Counted from the stretch's first letter, positions 18,301 to 27,135 are shown. The stretch: 64,000 bases of DNA from an uncultured Actinomycetota bacterium (GCA_963751035.1 CAVVSW010000004.1:3142-67141); one strand, 5' to 3'. Notes: generated by a model not told the origin, from the sequence alone. Translations and numbers: made by a program.

Positions 18301-19460
18301 CGCAGGGCCCCCTCGCCGTAGACGCACGTGCCCGCGACCCAGCTGGCCCGCGTCAGGAGATCGGGCCCGAGCCAGGCGAGATCTGCGAGCGCTCCAGCCG
18401 CGACGCGGCCCAGGTCGGCCCGTCCGAGCAGGTCAGCTGGTCTCCTTGTCGCCGCATCGACGGCAACGACCAGCGCCACCCCGAGGTCGACCGTGTTGCG
18501 CACCGCCTCGTCCAGCCGCAGCCCCGACCCGGCGATCGCACCGTCCTCGCGCACCGGGGGCCGGCCGGTCTCGACCAGCACGGGCTCGCCACCCAGCACG
18601 TAGCGTCCCGGCGGCATGCCGGCGGACGCGACTGCGTCGGTCACCAGCACGATGCGCTCGCCGGCGGCGCGGAAGGCCAGCAGCACCACGTCCGGCGCCA
18701 CATGGTGCAAGTCGACGATCAGCCCGGGGGCGAGCCGGTCGTCCACTAGCGCGTGGCCGGGCACGCCCGGCTCACGGTGATGCAGCGGGCGCTGGGCGTT
18801 GAACAGGTGGGTGACGGCCCGCGCCCCGGCGTCCGCGGCGGCCGCCACCTGGGCACCGGTCGCGTCACTGTGCCCGACGCTGACCATGACCCCGGCGTCG
18901 GTCAGGAGCTTGATCGCCTCGAGGGCATGCGCGCGTTCGGGTGCCAGCGTCACCACCGCAAGGGTCCCGGGCGGCCCCGCATCGATCAGGGTCGCGACCG
19001 CGTCCCGGGTGGGATCACAGAGGTACGCCGGGTTGTGCGCCCCGCGCCGGACCTCCGAGAGGAATGGCCCTTCGACGTGTGCGCCCAGGACCCGCGACCC
19101 GGCCGGGGGTTCGGCGTGCACCTCGGCCAGCCGGCGCAGCGACGCGGCAAGCTCGGCCACCGGTGCTGTGATGAAGGTGGGCGCGAACGCCGTGACCCCG
19201 GTCTCGGGCATCCGGGCGGCGACCACGCTCCAGTCGATGGGGGCCGCGGCCGCGAAATCGACGCCGAAGCACCCGTTGATCTGCATGTCGACCAGGCCGG
19301 GCACGAGCACCCCGTCCGGGAGGACCACGTCGTACCGCTCGCCCGGCGCCTGGTCGCGGATCCCCGTCACGTGCCCGTTCGCGAGCTCGACCACGGCATC
19401 GCTGCGCTGGCGCCCCCCGCTCACCAGGCTGGCGGCCGCGATCGTCGCGGGGCTGGCCAT
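18297..19460 (-). CDS. nagA: N-acetylglucosamine-6-phosphate deacetylase
   Basis: Start at ATG 19460 (MASPATIAAAS). Amidohydrolase motifs: PGLVDMQINGCFGVDF, GAHVEGPFLS, VGHSDA, THLFNAQ. Confidence 0.85.
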   Translation of the reverse strand: MASPATIAAASLVSGGRQRSDAVVELANGHVTGIRDQAPGERYDVVLPDGVLVPGLVDMQINGCFGVDFAAAAPIDWSVVAARMPETGVTAFAPTFITAPVAELAASLRRLAEVHAEPPAGSRVLGAHVEGPFLSEVRRGAHNPAYLCDPTRDAVATLIDAGPPGTLAVVTLAPERAHALEAIKLLTDAGVMVSVGHSDATGAQVAAAADAGARAVTHLFNAQRPLHHREPGVPGHALVDDRLAPGLIVDLHHVAPDVVLLAFRAAGERIVLVTDAVASAGMPPGRYVLGGEPVLVETGRPPVREDGAIAGSGLRLDEAVRNTVDLGVALVVAVDAATRRPADLLGRADLGRVAAGALADLAWLGPDLLTRASWVAGTCVYGEGALR

Positions 19461-19544
19461 CGGTGCCTCCTCCCGCCTCCGGGACGAACTTTCGCCCCGG
19501 ACATCTTGACGCGACATACCGGACAGTGGTCGACTCCCGTGGCA

Positions 19545-19560
19545 ACTGGGCTAGACCAGT
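19545..19560. promoter_or_regulatory. dre-like (DasR/NagR-type) operator palindrome in the nagA / GntR-EIIC divergent intergenic region
   Basis: actgggctagaccagt differs at one position from the 16-bp palindrome ACTGGTCTAGACCAGT, which is the DasR-responsive-element type consensus. A left half-site agtggtc lies at 19525-19531. Confidence 0.55.
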
Positions 19561-19609
19561 CTGTCCCACCCTAGCGAGGACTCGTGAGCAGCGTCGAGGA
19601 GGTCAGATC

Positions 19610-20407
19610 GTGGCCGAGCGGACGACTCGCCCTCCGCGGCGGCTGTGGCTGGGGACGCACCGGATCGACATCCGCAGCCCCGTCCCGAAGTACTCCCAGC
19701 TCCGGACGATCCTGCTCGACGTGATCGCCGAGGCAGCAGTCGACGACCCCGCGCCCTCCGAGCGCGAGCTGATGGCGCGCTTCGGGGTGGCCCGGATGAC
19801 CGCCCGGAAGGCCGTCGACCACCTGGTCGCGGAGGGCCGGCTCTACCGGGTGCAGGGCAAGGGCACCTACGTCGCCCGCCCCAAGATCGAGATGCCGTTG
19901 CGGCTCTCCTCGTTCACCGAGGACATGCGCGCACGGGGGCTGCACCCGGGCTCCCGCGAGCTGGACCGGCGGGTGGTGCCGGCCGGGCGGACCCTGGCCG
20001 CGTCGCTGCAGGTCGGGATCGACGACGAGATCGTGGTGCTCGAGCGGCTTCGACTCGCCGACGACGTGCCGATGGCGATCGAGCGGTGCCATGTCCCGGC
20101 GGCGGTCGCTCCCGGCCTGGTGTCCGCCGACCTCACCAACCGCTCGCTCTACGCCTACCTCGAGCAGGAGCACGGGATCGTGCTCGACGCCGGCGAGCAG
20201 CTGATCGAGGCGACCGTCATCGACCCCGCCGACGCCCGCATCCTCGCCATCCCACCGGCCAGTGCCGTGCTGCTGCTCACCCGGCGCTCCTCATCCCGCG
20301 GCGTACCCGTCGAGTACGTCGTGTCCACCTACCGGGCGGACCGCTATCAGCTGCGGGCCGCTCTCGACGCACCCATCCCCAACAGGAGTCCAGGAGGACG
20401 TCCATGA
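19610..20407 (+). CDS. GntR/HutC-family regulator (DasR/NagR-like, UTRA effector domain)
   Basis: GTG at 19610 preceded by gaggagg. wHTH: PKYSQLRTILLDVIAE...PSERELMARFGVARMTARKAVDHLVAEGRLYRVQGKGTYV. UTRA: SFTEDMRARG...RLRLADDVPMAIERCHVP...YRADRYQL. Confidence 0.85.
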   Translation: MAERTTRPPRRLWLGTHRIDIRSPVPKYSQLRTILLDVIAEAAVDDPAPSERELMARFGVARMTARKAVDHLVAEGRLYRVQGKGTYVARPKIEMPLRLSSFTEDMRARGLHPGSRELDRRVVPAGRTLAASLQVGIDDEIVVLERLRLADDVPMAIERCHVPAAVAPGLVSADLTNRSLYAYLEQEHGIVLDAGEQLIEATVIDPADARILAIPPASAVLLLTRRSSSRGVPVEYVVSTYRADRYQLRAALDAPIPNRSPGGRP

Positions 20408-21786
20408 GCTCGACGACCGGAACCGAAACGGCCAGAAGGGAACGGGGCAGCACGTTCGCGATGCTGCAACGCATCGGCCGAAGCCTCATGATGCCCATCG
20501 CCGTCCTGCCGGCCGCCGCCCTGCTCCTGCGGCTCGGCCAGGACGATCTGCTCGGCCGCACCGACATCGGCTGGCTGGATACCGTCGCCAAGGTGCTCGG
20601 CGAGAGCGGCAACGCGTTGTTCGCCAACCTGCCGCTGCTCTTCGCGGTCGGCGTCGCGATCGGGTTCGCCCGCAAGTCGGACGGCTCAACCGCTCTGGCC
20701 GCGGTGGTGGGCTACCTCATCTTCGACCGGGTGACCCGCGTGGTCTTCGCGTCCATCCCGGAGGGGTGGTCGCCGGAGTTCCAGGCGGTCAAGGCCCGGG
20801 TCGTGGACGCTGACGGCGCGGTGGTGTTCACCACCCCGAACCCGACCGGCGTACTCGGCGGCATCCTCGTGGGTGTCATGGCTGCCTTGCTCTGGCAGCG
20901 GTACTACCGGGTCAAGCTGCCTCCCTACCTGGCGTTCTTCGGCGGGCGGCGGTTCGTGCCGATCGTGACGGCGGCGGCGGCCATCGTGCTCGGCGTCGTG
21001 ATGGGCTTCGTCTGGCTGCCGGTGGGTGCGCTCATCGACTCCCTGGGCAACCAGCTCACCGAGGCCGGCGCGATCGGGGCCGGGATCTACGGCGCCGTGA
21101 ACCGGGCACTGCTCCCCTTCGGTCTGCACCACATCATCAACGCGCTGGTCTGGTTCCAGATCCCGACCTGCCCGGACTTCAAGGCCGCCGGTGACCTGAA
21201 CTGCTACTTCGCCGGGGCGCCCAACACGGGCAACTTCATGGCGGGCTTCTTCCCCGTGATGATGTTCGGCCTGCCGGCCGCCTGCCTGGCCATGGTGCAC
21301 ACGGCGAGGCCGGACAAGCGCAAGTCGGTCGCCGGCATCCTGCTGGCTGCCGGGCTCGTGTCGTTCGTCACCGGCGTCACCGAACCGATCGAGTTCGCGT
21401 TCCTGTTCGTCGCACCGGTGCTGTTCGGGATCCATGCCGTCCTGACCGGGATCGCGCTGGCCCTTGCGACCGTGTTGGACTTCCGGATCGGGTTCGGGTT
21501 CTCGGCCGGCGCGATCGACTACGGGCTGAACTACTCGAAGGACAACACCAGCAACCCCTGGATGCTGTTCATCCTCGGCCCGATCTATGCAGTCGTCTAC
21601 TACACCGTCTTCCGGTTCGCCATCCTGAAGTTCAACCTCAGGACACCCGGGCGCGAGCCGGACGACGCTCCCGATGCCGCCGACTACACAGATCCATACG
21701 CCGACCCCGCTGCCTCCGGCGACGAGAGCAGCAGGGTCGGTACGACGGACACCGGACCCGCGGGGACGGCGCCTACGCGGCCCTGA
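20404..21786 (+). CDS. PTS EIIC permease (GlcNAc/glucose family)
   Basis: ATG at 20404 overlaps the regulator stop (ATGA). LQRIGRSLMMPIAVLPAAALLLRLG and GLHHIINALVWF are EIIC-Glc family motifs. Multiple TM segments and an acidic/Pro-rich C-terminal tail. Confidence 0.85.
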   Translation: MSSTTGTETARRERGSTFAMLQRIGRSLMMPIAVLPAAALLLRLGQDDLLGRTDIGWLDTVAKVLGESGNALFANLPLLFAVGVAIGFARKSDGSTALAAVVGYLIFDRVTRVVFASIPEGWSPEFQAVKARVVDADGAVVFTTPNPTGVLGGILVGVMAALLWQRYYRVKLPPYLAFFGGRRFVPIVTAAAAIVLGVVMGFVWLPVGALIDSLGNQLTEAGAIGAGIYGAVNRALLPFGLHHIINALVWFQIPTCPDFKAAGDLNCYFAGAPNTGNFMAGFFPVMMFGLPAACLAMVHTARPDKRKSVAGILLAAGLVSFVTGVTEPIEFAFLFVAPVLFGIHAVLTGIALALATVLDFRIGFGFSAGAIDYGLNYSKDNTSNPWMLFILGPIYAVVYYTVFRFAILKFNLRTPGREPDDAPDAADYTDPYADPAASGDESSRVGTTDTGPAGTAPTRP

Positions 21787-21819
21787 CCACGCCGGCTCCG
21801 TCGAGCCAACCGCGACGCG

Positions 21820-21856
21820 CGGGCATGCCCGGTTCCTCGGGATCCGGGCATGCCCG
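21820..21856 (+). terminator. 13-bp-stem hairpin built from two copies of the palindrome GGGCATGCCC (terminator or operator candidate)
   Basis: cgggcatgcccgg (21820-21832), ttcctcgggat loop, ccgggcatgcccg (21844-21856). It starts 34 nt after the EIIC stop and is followed by agcgtgtgtg. Confidence 0.4.
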
Positions 21857-21979
21857 AGCGTGTGTGACGGGGAACCGCAAGGGGCTCATCCACGTTGGGG
21901 GAGCCGCCGCATCGGCGACGCTGGCAGCGTGTGAGGACCTGACCACCCTGCAGGTCGACGAGTCCCCGGAGGTGTCGCG

Positions 21980-23389
21980 GTGAGCGGACCGGACCGAGGA
22001 ACGGCTCGCGCCACGTCTCTAGACGGGCGCACCTTCACGTTGGTTGACGACGGGGCATCGACCCTCACGCCCGGCGACCTCGTCGTACTCCGCGCAGCGG
22101 ACAGCGGCCCGTTCCTCGGGCAGGTCCTGGAGCAGCCTGCTGGGACCGGGACCGGCGGAGCTGGCATCCTCATCGGCGAGCTGGATGCGGACGGCGTGCC
22201 GCAGCGGGATCGTCGCCGGCCCTTCGAGTCGGCATCGACGGAACCGGCCACGGCCGCGCAGATCGAGGCCCTCCAGCAGGCCGGCAAGGCGGGGTTGCCC
22301 ATCGGCACGTGGAGCCCGTCCGGTGTCGAGGTCACCGCCCGGCTGCGAGCGGCCGGCTTCGGCCGGCACACGTTCCTGTGCGGCCAGAGCGGTTCGGGCA
22401 AGACCTATGCGCTCGGCGTCATCCTGGAGCAGCTCCTGCTGGGCACCGGACTTCGCATCGTCGTCCTCGACCCCAACGCAGACTTCGTCCGACTGGGCGA
22501 GGCTCGTCCGGACGCCCCCGAGGAGGCAGCGCAGCAGCTTGGCAAGTCCGACATCCACGTGCTCGGTGCGGACAGCACCGCGGCCGAACCACTGCGGATG
22601 CGCTTCGCCACGATGCCCCGGGCGGCCCAGGCCGCCGTACTCCGACTCGACCCGCTCGCCGACCGCGGCGAGTACAACCACTTCCTCCACCTGATGGACG
22701 ACGCCGGAGCTCGGGACATCGGCGATGTCGTGCGCAGCCTGCAGAGCGGAGGTCCTGACGGACAGTCGCTGGCGCAGCGCATCGAGAACCTCGGCATGCT
22801 CGCCTGGGAGGTGTGGGCCCTCGATCGGCCGTCCGCAGCCGAGGTGGTCTCGAGTGGCGCACGTCTGACCGTGCTGGACCTCAGCGGTTTCCGGGATCCG
22901 CTCGAGCCGCTCGCCGTGAGCCTCGACCTGATCGAGCAGCTGTGGGCGCAGCGGGAGAGCCGAACACCCACGCTGATCGTGTTGGACGAGGCACACAACC
23001 TCTGCCCGGCAGAACCGACGGGCTCACTGCAGTCCGCCCTGGTCGAGCGACTCATCCAGATCGCCGCCGAGGGACGCAAGTACGGGCTGTGGCTGCTCCT
23101 CTCGACCCAGCGCCCCTCGAAGATCCACCCGCAGGTGTTGTCGCAGTGCGACAACCTGGTCCTCATGCGCATGAACTCTCCGAGTGACGTCGAGGAGCTG
23201 GCGACGGCTTTCGGCTTTGCCCCGCCGGCGATGATGCGGTCCTCGCAGTACTTCGTCCAAGGGGAAGCACTGGTGGCCGGCGCGTTCGTCCCGGTGCCCG
23301 GCATGATCCGGATGGGTGCTCGGCTGACGTTCGAAGGCGGCAGCGACGTCGCTGTCCCGATGCCCGCGGAAGCCATCTCCGTCCGGTGA
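21980..23389 (+). CDS. HerA/DUF87-like P-loop ATPase
   Basis: 469 aa. GTG preceded by ggagg. Walker A: FLCGQSGSGKTYALG. Walker B: TLIVLDEAHNL. C-terminal GRKYGLWLLLSTQRPSKIHPQVLSQCDNLVLMRM is typical of HerA/FtsK-like ATPases. The N-terminal beta-rich region is compatible with a HAS barrel. Confidence 0.75.
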   Translation: MSGPDRGTARATSLDGRTFTLVDDGASTLTPGDLVVLRAADSGPFLGQVLEQPAGTGTGGAGILIGELDADGVPQRDRRRPFESASTEPATAAQIEALQQAGKAGLPIGTWSPSGVEVTARLRAAGFGRHTFLCGQSGSGKTYALGVILEQLLLGTGLRIVVLDPNADFVRLGEARPDAPEEAAQQLGKSDIHVLGADSTAAEPLRMRFATMPRAAQAAVLRLDPLADRGEYNHFLHLMDDAGARDIGDVVRSLQSGGPDGQSLAQRIENLGMLAWEVWALDRPSAAEVVSSGARLTVLDLSGFRDPLEPLAVSLDLIEQLWAQRESRTPTLIVLDEAHNLCPAEPTGSLQSALVERLIQIAAEGRKYGLWLLLSTQRPSKIHPQVLSQCDNLVLMRMNSPSDVEELATAFGFAPPAMMRSSQYFVQGEALVAGAFVPVPGMIRMGARLTFEGGSDVAVPMPAEAISVR

Positions 23390-23476
23390 GCTCCTCCGGC
23401 GGGACGAAGGCCATCGTCGCGGCGCTGGTGGCGAGATCCTGAGGGCAATCGCATCGAGCTGTGGCAGCCCGCCTGA
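23386..23476 (+). pseudogene. gene-remnant scar: 5' end of a cation-diffusion-facilitator gene joined to the 3' end of a VOC/glyoxalase-family gene
   Basis: GTG at 23386 (overlapping the HerA-like stop as GTGA) reads VSSSGGTKAIVAALVARS*. SGGTKAIVAAL is the stereotyped N-terminus of actinobacterial CDF transporters. From about 23432, another frame reads RDPEGNRIELWQPA*, a typical VOC/glyoxalase C-terminus. Neither gene has a body. Confidence 0.4.
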
Positions 23477-23492
23477 CCTGGGACGACGTGGG

Positions 23493-23565
23493 CGCGCCCG
23501 AAGGGATTCGAACCCCTAACCTCTTGATCCGTAGTCAAGTGCTCTATCCGTTGAGCTACGGGCGC
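23493..23565 (-). tRNA. tRNA-Arg (anticodon ACG)
   Basis: Minus strand: GCGCCCG TA GCTC AACGGATA GAGC A CTTGA CTACGGA TCAAG AGGTT AGGGG TTCGAAT CCCTT CGGGCGC G. This is a full cloverleaf with anticodon loop CU-ACG-GA. CCA is not encoded. Confidence 0.9.
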
Positions 23566-23632
23566 CTGGCCGACTCGGCCGGACACGATGTTACAGGCCC
23601 GGCGGGGCGCCCAAGAACGTCGTACGGTCGGC

Positions 23633-23830
23633 TCAGGTGGGTTCGGCGCTGGTGCTCACGTCGACGTTGGGCTTGTTGACGTCCACGTCGACGTCGGCAT
23701 CGCCGCCGAAGTAGAAGAACGCGGCCACCCCGACGGCGGCGAGGACCAGGATCGCGATCAGGAACCCGGACGCGGTGCTGCCGGCGTCACGGACGAGGCG
23801 GTGCTGCTGGGCGGATCGGCGGATCGACAT
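23633..23830 (-). CDS. small hypothetical membrane protein
   Basis: 65 aa. One TM segment (GFLIAILVLAAVGVAAFFYF) followed by an acidic DADVDVDVNKPNVDV tail. No homology recognised. It could be a chance ORF. Confidence 0.4.
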   Translation of the reverse strand: MSIRRSAQQHRLVRDAGSTASGFLIAILVLAAVGVAAFFYFGGDADVDVDVNKPNVDVSTSAEPT

Positions 23831-23962
23831 CAGGACTCCCGGATGAGGGCGACAGGGGGCGTTTCGGGAGGTACCCCCTCCGTTGCCGTCACAACCCCCC
23901 TGCCACGCAGGGTGCTCCAGGGGTTACCGTGACCGCACGATCGAAAGGGATGCGGACCACAG

Positions 23963-25789
23963 ATGACTGCCGAAGCGATCGACGCTCCGACGACCCACCA
24001 ACGGCTCCTTGCCTGGGTCCGCGACGTCGCCGAGCTGACCCAGCCGGAGCAGGTCGTGTGGTGCGACGGCTCGGACGACGAGTGGAACCGGCTGACGGCC
24101 GAGCTCGTCGACGCAGGCACCCTGGTCCGGCTCGCGCAGGACAAGAAGCCCAACTCGTTCTGGTGCGCGTCCGACCCGTCCGACGTGGCCCGGGTCGAGG
24201 ACCGTACGTTCATCTGCTCGCGGAACGAGGCCGACGCCGGGGCGACGAACAACTGGATGGACCCGGACGAGATGAAGGAGGTGATGACCGACCTCTACCG
24301 CGGCTGCATGCGCGGCCGCACGATGTACGTCATCCCCTTCTGCATGGGTCCGCTCGAGGCCGACGCCCCGATGTTCGGGGTCGAGATCACCGACTCGGCG
24401 TACGTCGTGTGCTCGATGCGCATCATGGCGCGCATGGGCACCTCGGTGCTGGAGCGGATGGGCGAGGGCGACACCGGCGCTGACTTCGTGCCCTGCCTGC
24501 ACTCCGTGGGCGCACCGCTCTCGGAGGGCCAGCGGGACGTGCCGTGGCCCTGCAGCGACACGAAGTACATCACCCAGTTCCCCGAGGAGCGGATGATCTG
24601 GAGCTACGGCTCCGGCTACGGCGGCAACGCCCTGCTCGGCAAGAAGTGCTTCTCGCTGCGCATCGCCTCGGTGATGGCGCGCGACGAGGGCTGGCTCGCC
24701 GAGCACATGCTGATCCTGAAGATGACCTCCCCGCAGAAGCAGGTCTACTACGTCGCAGCGGCGTTCCCGAGCGCGTGCGGCAAGACCAACCTCGCGATGG
24801 TCGAGCCCACCGTCGAGGGGTGGAAGGTCGAGACGCTCGGCGACGACATCGCCTGGATGCGGTTCGGTGAGGATGGCCGGCTCTACGCACTCAACCCCGA
24901 GTTCGGTCTGTTCGGTGTCGCACCGGGCACCGGCTGGCACACCAACCCGAACGCGATGCGCACGATCGCCAGGGGCAACTCGATGTTCACGAACGTCGCA
25001 TTGACCGACGACGGTGACATCTGGTGGGAGGGCATGACCGAGGACCCGCCCGAGCACCTCACCGACTGGAAGGGCCGCGACTGGACCCCGGAGTCGGAGG
25101 AGCCGAGCTCCCATCCCAACAGCCGCTTCTGCACCCCCATCAAGCAGTGCCCGATCATCGCCCCGGAGTACGACGACCCGCGCGGCGTGCCCATCTCGGC
25201 GATCCTGTTCGGCGGACGGCGCAAGACCACGATCCCGCTGATCACCGAGGCCCGCGACTGGCTGCACGGTGTGTTCATGGGCGCCACGCTGTCCTCCGAG
25301 ACGACGGCGGCGGCGACGGGGGCGGTCGGCGTCGTACGACGTGACCCGATGGCGATGCTGCCGTTCATCGGCTACAACGCCGGCGACTACTTCGGGCACT
25401 GGATCTCGATCGGCAAGGAGGCCGACGCCTCCAAGCTGCCGAAGATCTTCTACGTCAACTGGTTCCGTCGCGACGACGACGGCTCGTTCCTCTGGCCGGG
25501 CTACGGCGAGAACAGCCGGGTGCTCAAGTGGGTCGTCGAGCGGATCGAGGGCATCGCCGGCGCGGTCGAGACGCCCATCGGCCAGGTGCCGACCCCCGAC
25601 TCCCTGGACGTGGCCGGACTCGGCCTGACGACGGAGCAGCTGGCGAAGGCCCTGGCAGTCGACGTCGCCGAGTGGCGCGAGGAGCTGCCGCAGATCCAGC
25701 AGTGGTTCGAGAAGATCGGGTCGGACAAGGTCCCGGCGATGCTCTGGACCGAGCTCGACGCCCTCCGGGCCCGCCTCGGCGCCGACTGA
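23963..25789 (+). CDS. pckG: phosphoenolpyruvate carboxykinase (GTP)
   Basis: 608 aa. Motifs: [71 protein letters not shown]. Confidence 0.95.
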   Translation: MTAEAIDAPTTHQRLLAWVRDVAELTQPEQVVWCDGSDDEWNRLTAELVDAGTLVRLAQDKKPNSFWCASDPSDVARVEDRTFICSRNEADAGATNNWMDPDEMKEVMTDLYRGCMRGRTMYVIPFCMGPLEADAPMFGVEITDSAYVVCSMRIMARMGTSVLERMGEGDTGADFVPCLHSVGAPLSEGQRDVPWPCSDTKYITQFPEERMIWSYGSGYGGNALLGKKCFSLRIASVMARDEGWLAEHMLILKMTSPQKQVYYVAAAFPSACGKTNLAMVEPTVEGWKVETLGDDIAWMRFGEDGRLYALNPEFGLFGVAPGTGWHTNPNAMRTIARGNSMFTNVALTDDGDIWWEGMTEDPPEHLTDWKGRDWTPESEEPSSHPNSRFCTPIKQCPIIAPEYDDPRGVPISAILFGGRRKTTIPLITEARDWLHGVFMGATLSSETTAAATGAVGVVRRDPMAMLPFIGYNAGDYFGHWISIGKEADASKLPKIFYVNWFRRDDDGSFLWPGYGENSRVLKWVVERIEGIAGAVETPIGQVPTPDSLDVAGLGLTTEQLAKALAVDVAEWREELPQIQQWFEKIGSDKVPAMLWTELDALRARLGAD

Positions 25790-25838
25790 CCCGAGCGGGT
25801 TTCGACGCTTCTCCCCCGGTAACACAGCCTCCCAGCAC

Positions 25839-25860
25839 GCCCCTGTTGACCTGCAGGGGC
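25839..25860 (+). terminator. hairpin downstream of pckG (candidate terminator)
   Basis: gcccctg-ttgacctg-caggggc: 7-bp stem, 8-nt loop, about 50 nt after the pckG stop. No U-tract. The next gene's RBS ggagga follows. Confidence 0.35.
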
Positions 25861-25877
25861 GGGACACGGAGGACACC

Positions 25878-26659
25878 ATGAGCAACCCATCGGGTGGTTA
25901 CCAGCCCCCCACCACCGCAGGTGCCGGCACGTCGACCGGTCAGAGCTCCACGCAGACCGCCAAGGACGAGGCCGCGAACGTCGGCCAGACCGCCAAGGAC
26001 GCCACCAGCCAGGTCGCCACCACGGCGACCGAGCAGGCGAAGAACGTCGCTGGTGAGACCAAGCGCCAGGCCAAGGACCTCATCGACCAGGCCGGCAGCC
26101 AGGTGACCGAGCAGGCCGGTGCGCAGAAGGAGAAGGCATCGGCTGGCCTGCGGTCGCTGGCCGACGAGCTGCGCTCCGTGGCGGAGGGGAACGGAGCGCA
26201 GAGCGGCATGGTCGGCGACCTTGCCCGGCAAGCGTCGGACAAGGCCCAGGAGTTCGCGGGCTGGCTCGACCAGCACGATCCGGGCAGCCTGGTCGAGGAG
26301 ATCCGTCAGCTGGCCCGCCGCAAGCCCGGCACCTTCCTGATCGGTGCGGCGCTGGCCGGTGTGGCAATGCGGCCGGCTCACCCGCGGCGCCGTCGCGGCC
26401 AGCGACTCCTCCGCGTCGTCGGGCGGCACCGTCGTGCCGGCAGGGAGGCTCGATGCCCAGCGCGACCCCCATCGGCGACCAGGCGAGCACGGCCGTCTTC
26501 AGCACCACCTCGACGGGAGCCGAAGGCTCGTTCACCGGCCACGAGGCGGCCGACGCCCGCAATCCCGAGGCCGGCCCGTTGGTCGTCGAGCCGGAGCGGA
26601 CTCCTGCGCGCCAGGGCGCGACCGGCGCGGGGCTCGGCACGGAGGAGGAGCGGCGATGA
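25878..26659 (+). pseudogene. hypothetical protein (helical Q/A/K/T-rich N-terminal half, one TM segment), two frame breaks
   Basis: f3: MSNPSGGYQPP...KDEAANVGQTAKDATSQVATTATEQAKNVAGETKRQAKDLIDQAGSQV...RRKPGTFLIGAALAGV. f1: GRLTRGAVAASDSSASSGGTVVPAG. f2: PSATPIGDQASTAVFSTTSTGAEG...GTEEERR*, whose TGA overlaps the next ATG (ATGA at 26656-26659). The breaks are near 26367-26372 and 26430-26452. Confidence 0.6.
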
Positions 26660-27135
26660 CGACGTCGCAAGGCGGACGCCCCTCCCGCAGCACCTTCGAC
26701 GAGGAGATGCCGGGCGTCTCGATGCCATCGACCGGCGCGTACCAGAGCGACCGGCCCGACGTGTCGGACACGTCTGTCGGTGCGTTGATCGGGGAGGTCA
26801 CCAACGACCTGTCGACCCTGATGCGGCAGGAGCTCGAGCTGGCGAAGGCCGAGCTCAAGGTGGAAGCCAGCAAGACCGGCAAGGCCGCCGGCATGCTGGG
26901 CGGCGCTGGTTTCGCGGGCTACATGGTCGCCCTGTTCCTGTCCATCGCCCTGTGGTGGGCGCTCGCCAACGGCATGGACGAAGGCTGGGCGGCGCTCATC
27001 GTGGCAGCCATCTGGGCCGTCGTCGCTGCTGTTCTGTACAGCATCGGCCGCAAGCGGATGCGTGACGTCAACCCCAAACCTGAGCGGACCGTAGAGACGC
27101 TCAAAGAGGTGCCCGACGCTCTGAAGGGCCGATGA
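26656..27135 (+). CDS. actinobacterial holin-X-type (phage holin family) membrane protein
   Basis: 159 aa. SVGALIGEVTNDLSTLMRQELELAKAELKVEASKTGKAAGMLGGAGFAGYMVALFLSIALWWALA followed by a second TM segment. This is the pattern of the putative Holin-X family. Confidence 0.7.
   Translation: MTTSQGGRPSRSTFDEEMPGVSMPSTGAYQSDRPDVSDTSVGALIGEVTNDLSTLMRQELELAKAELKVEASKTGKAAGMLGGAGFAGYMVALFLSIALWWALANGMDEGWAALIVAAIWAVVAAVLYSIGRKRMRDVNPKPERTVETLKEVPDALKGR

Noticed and set aside
21674-21934. Small ORFs (86 aa plus strand, 69 aa minus strand) in the EIIC / HerA-like intergenic region
   Set aside because: They are Arg/Pro/Gly-rich, overlap the EIIC 3' end and the twin-palindrome hairpin, and have no RBS or motif support.
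23924-25885. 653-aa minus-strand ORF covering pckG
   Set aside because: It is antisense to an unmistakable GTP-PEPCK sequence, and its translation is Arg/Gly/Val/Asp-rich without motifs.
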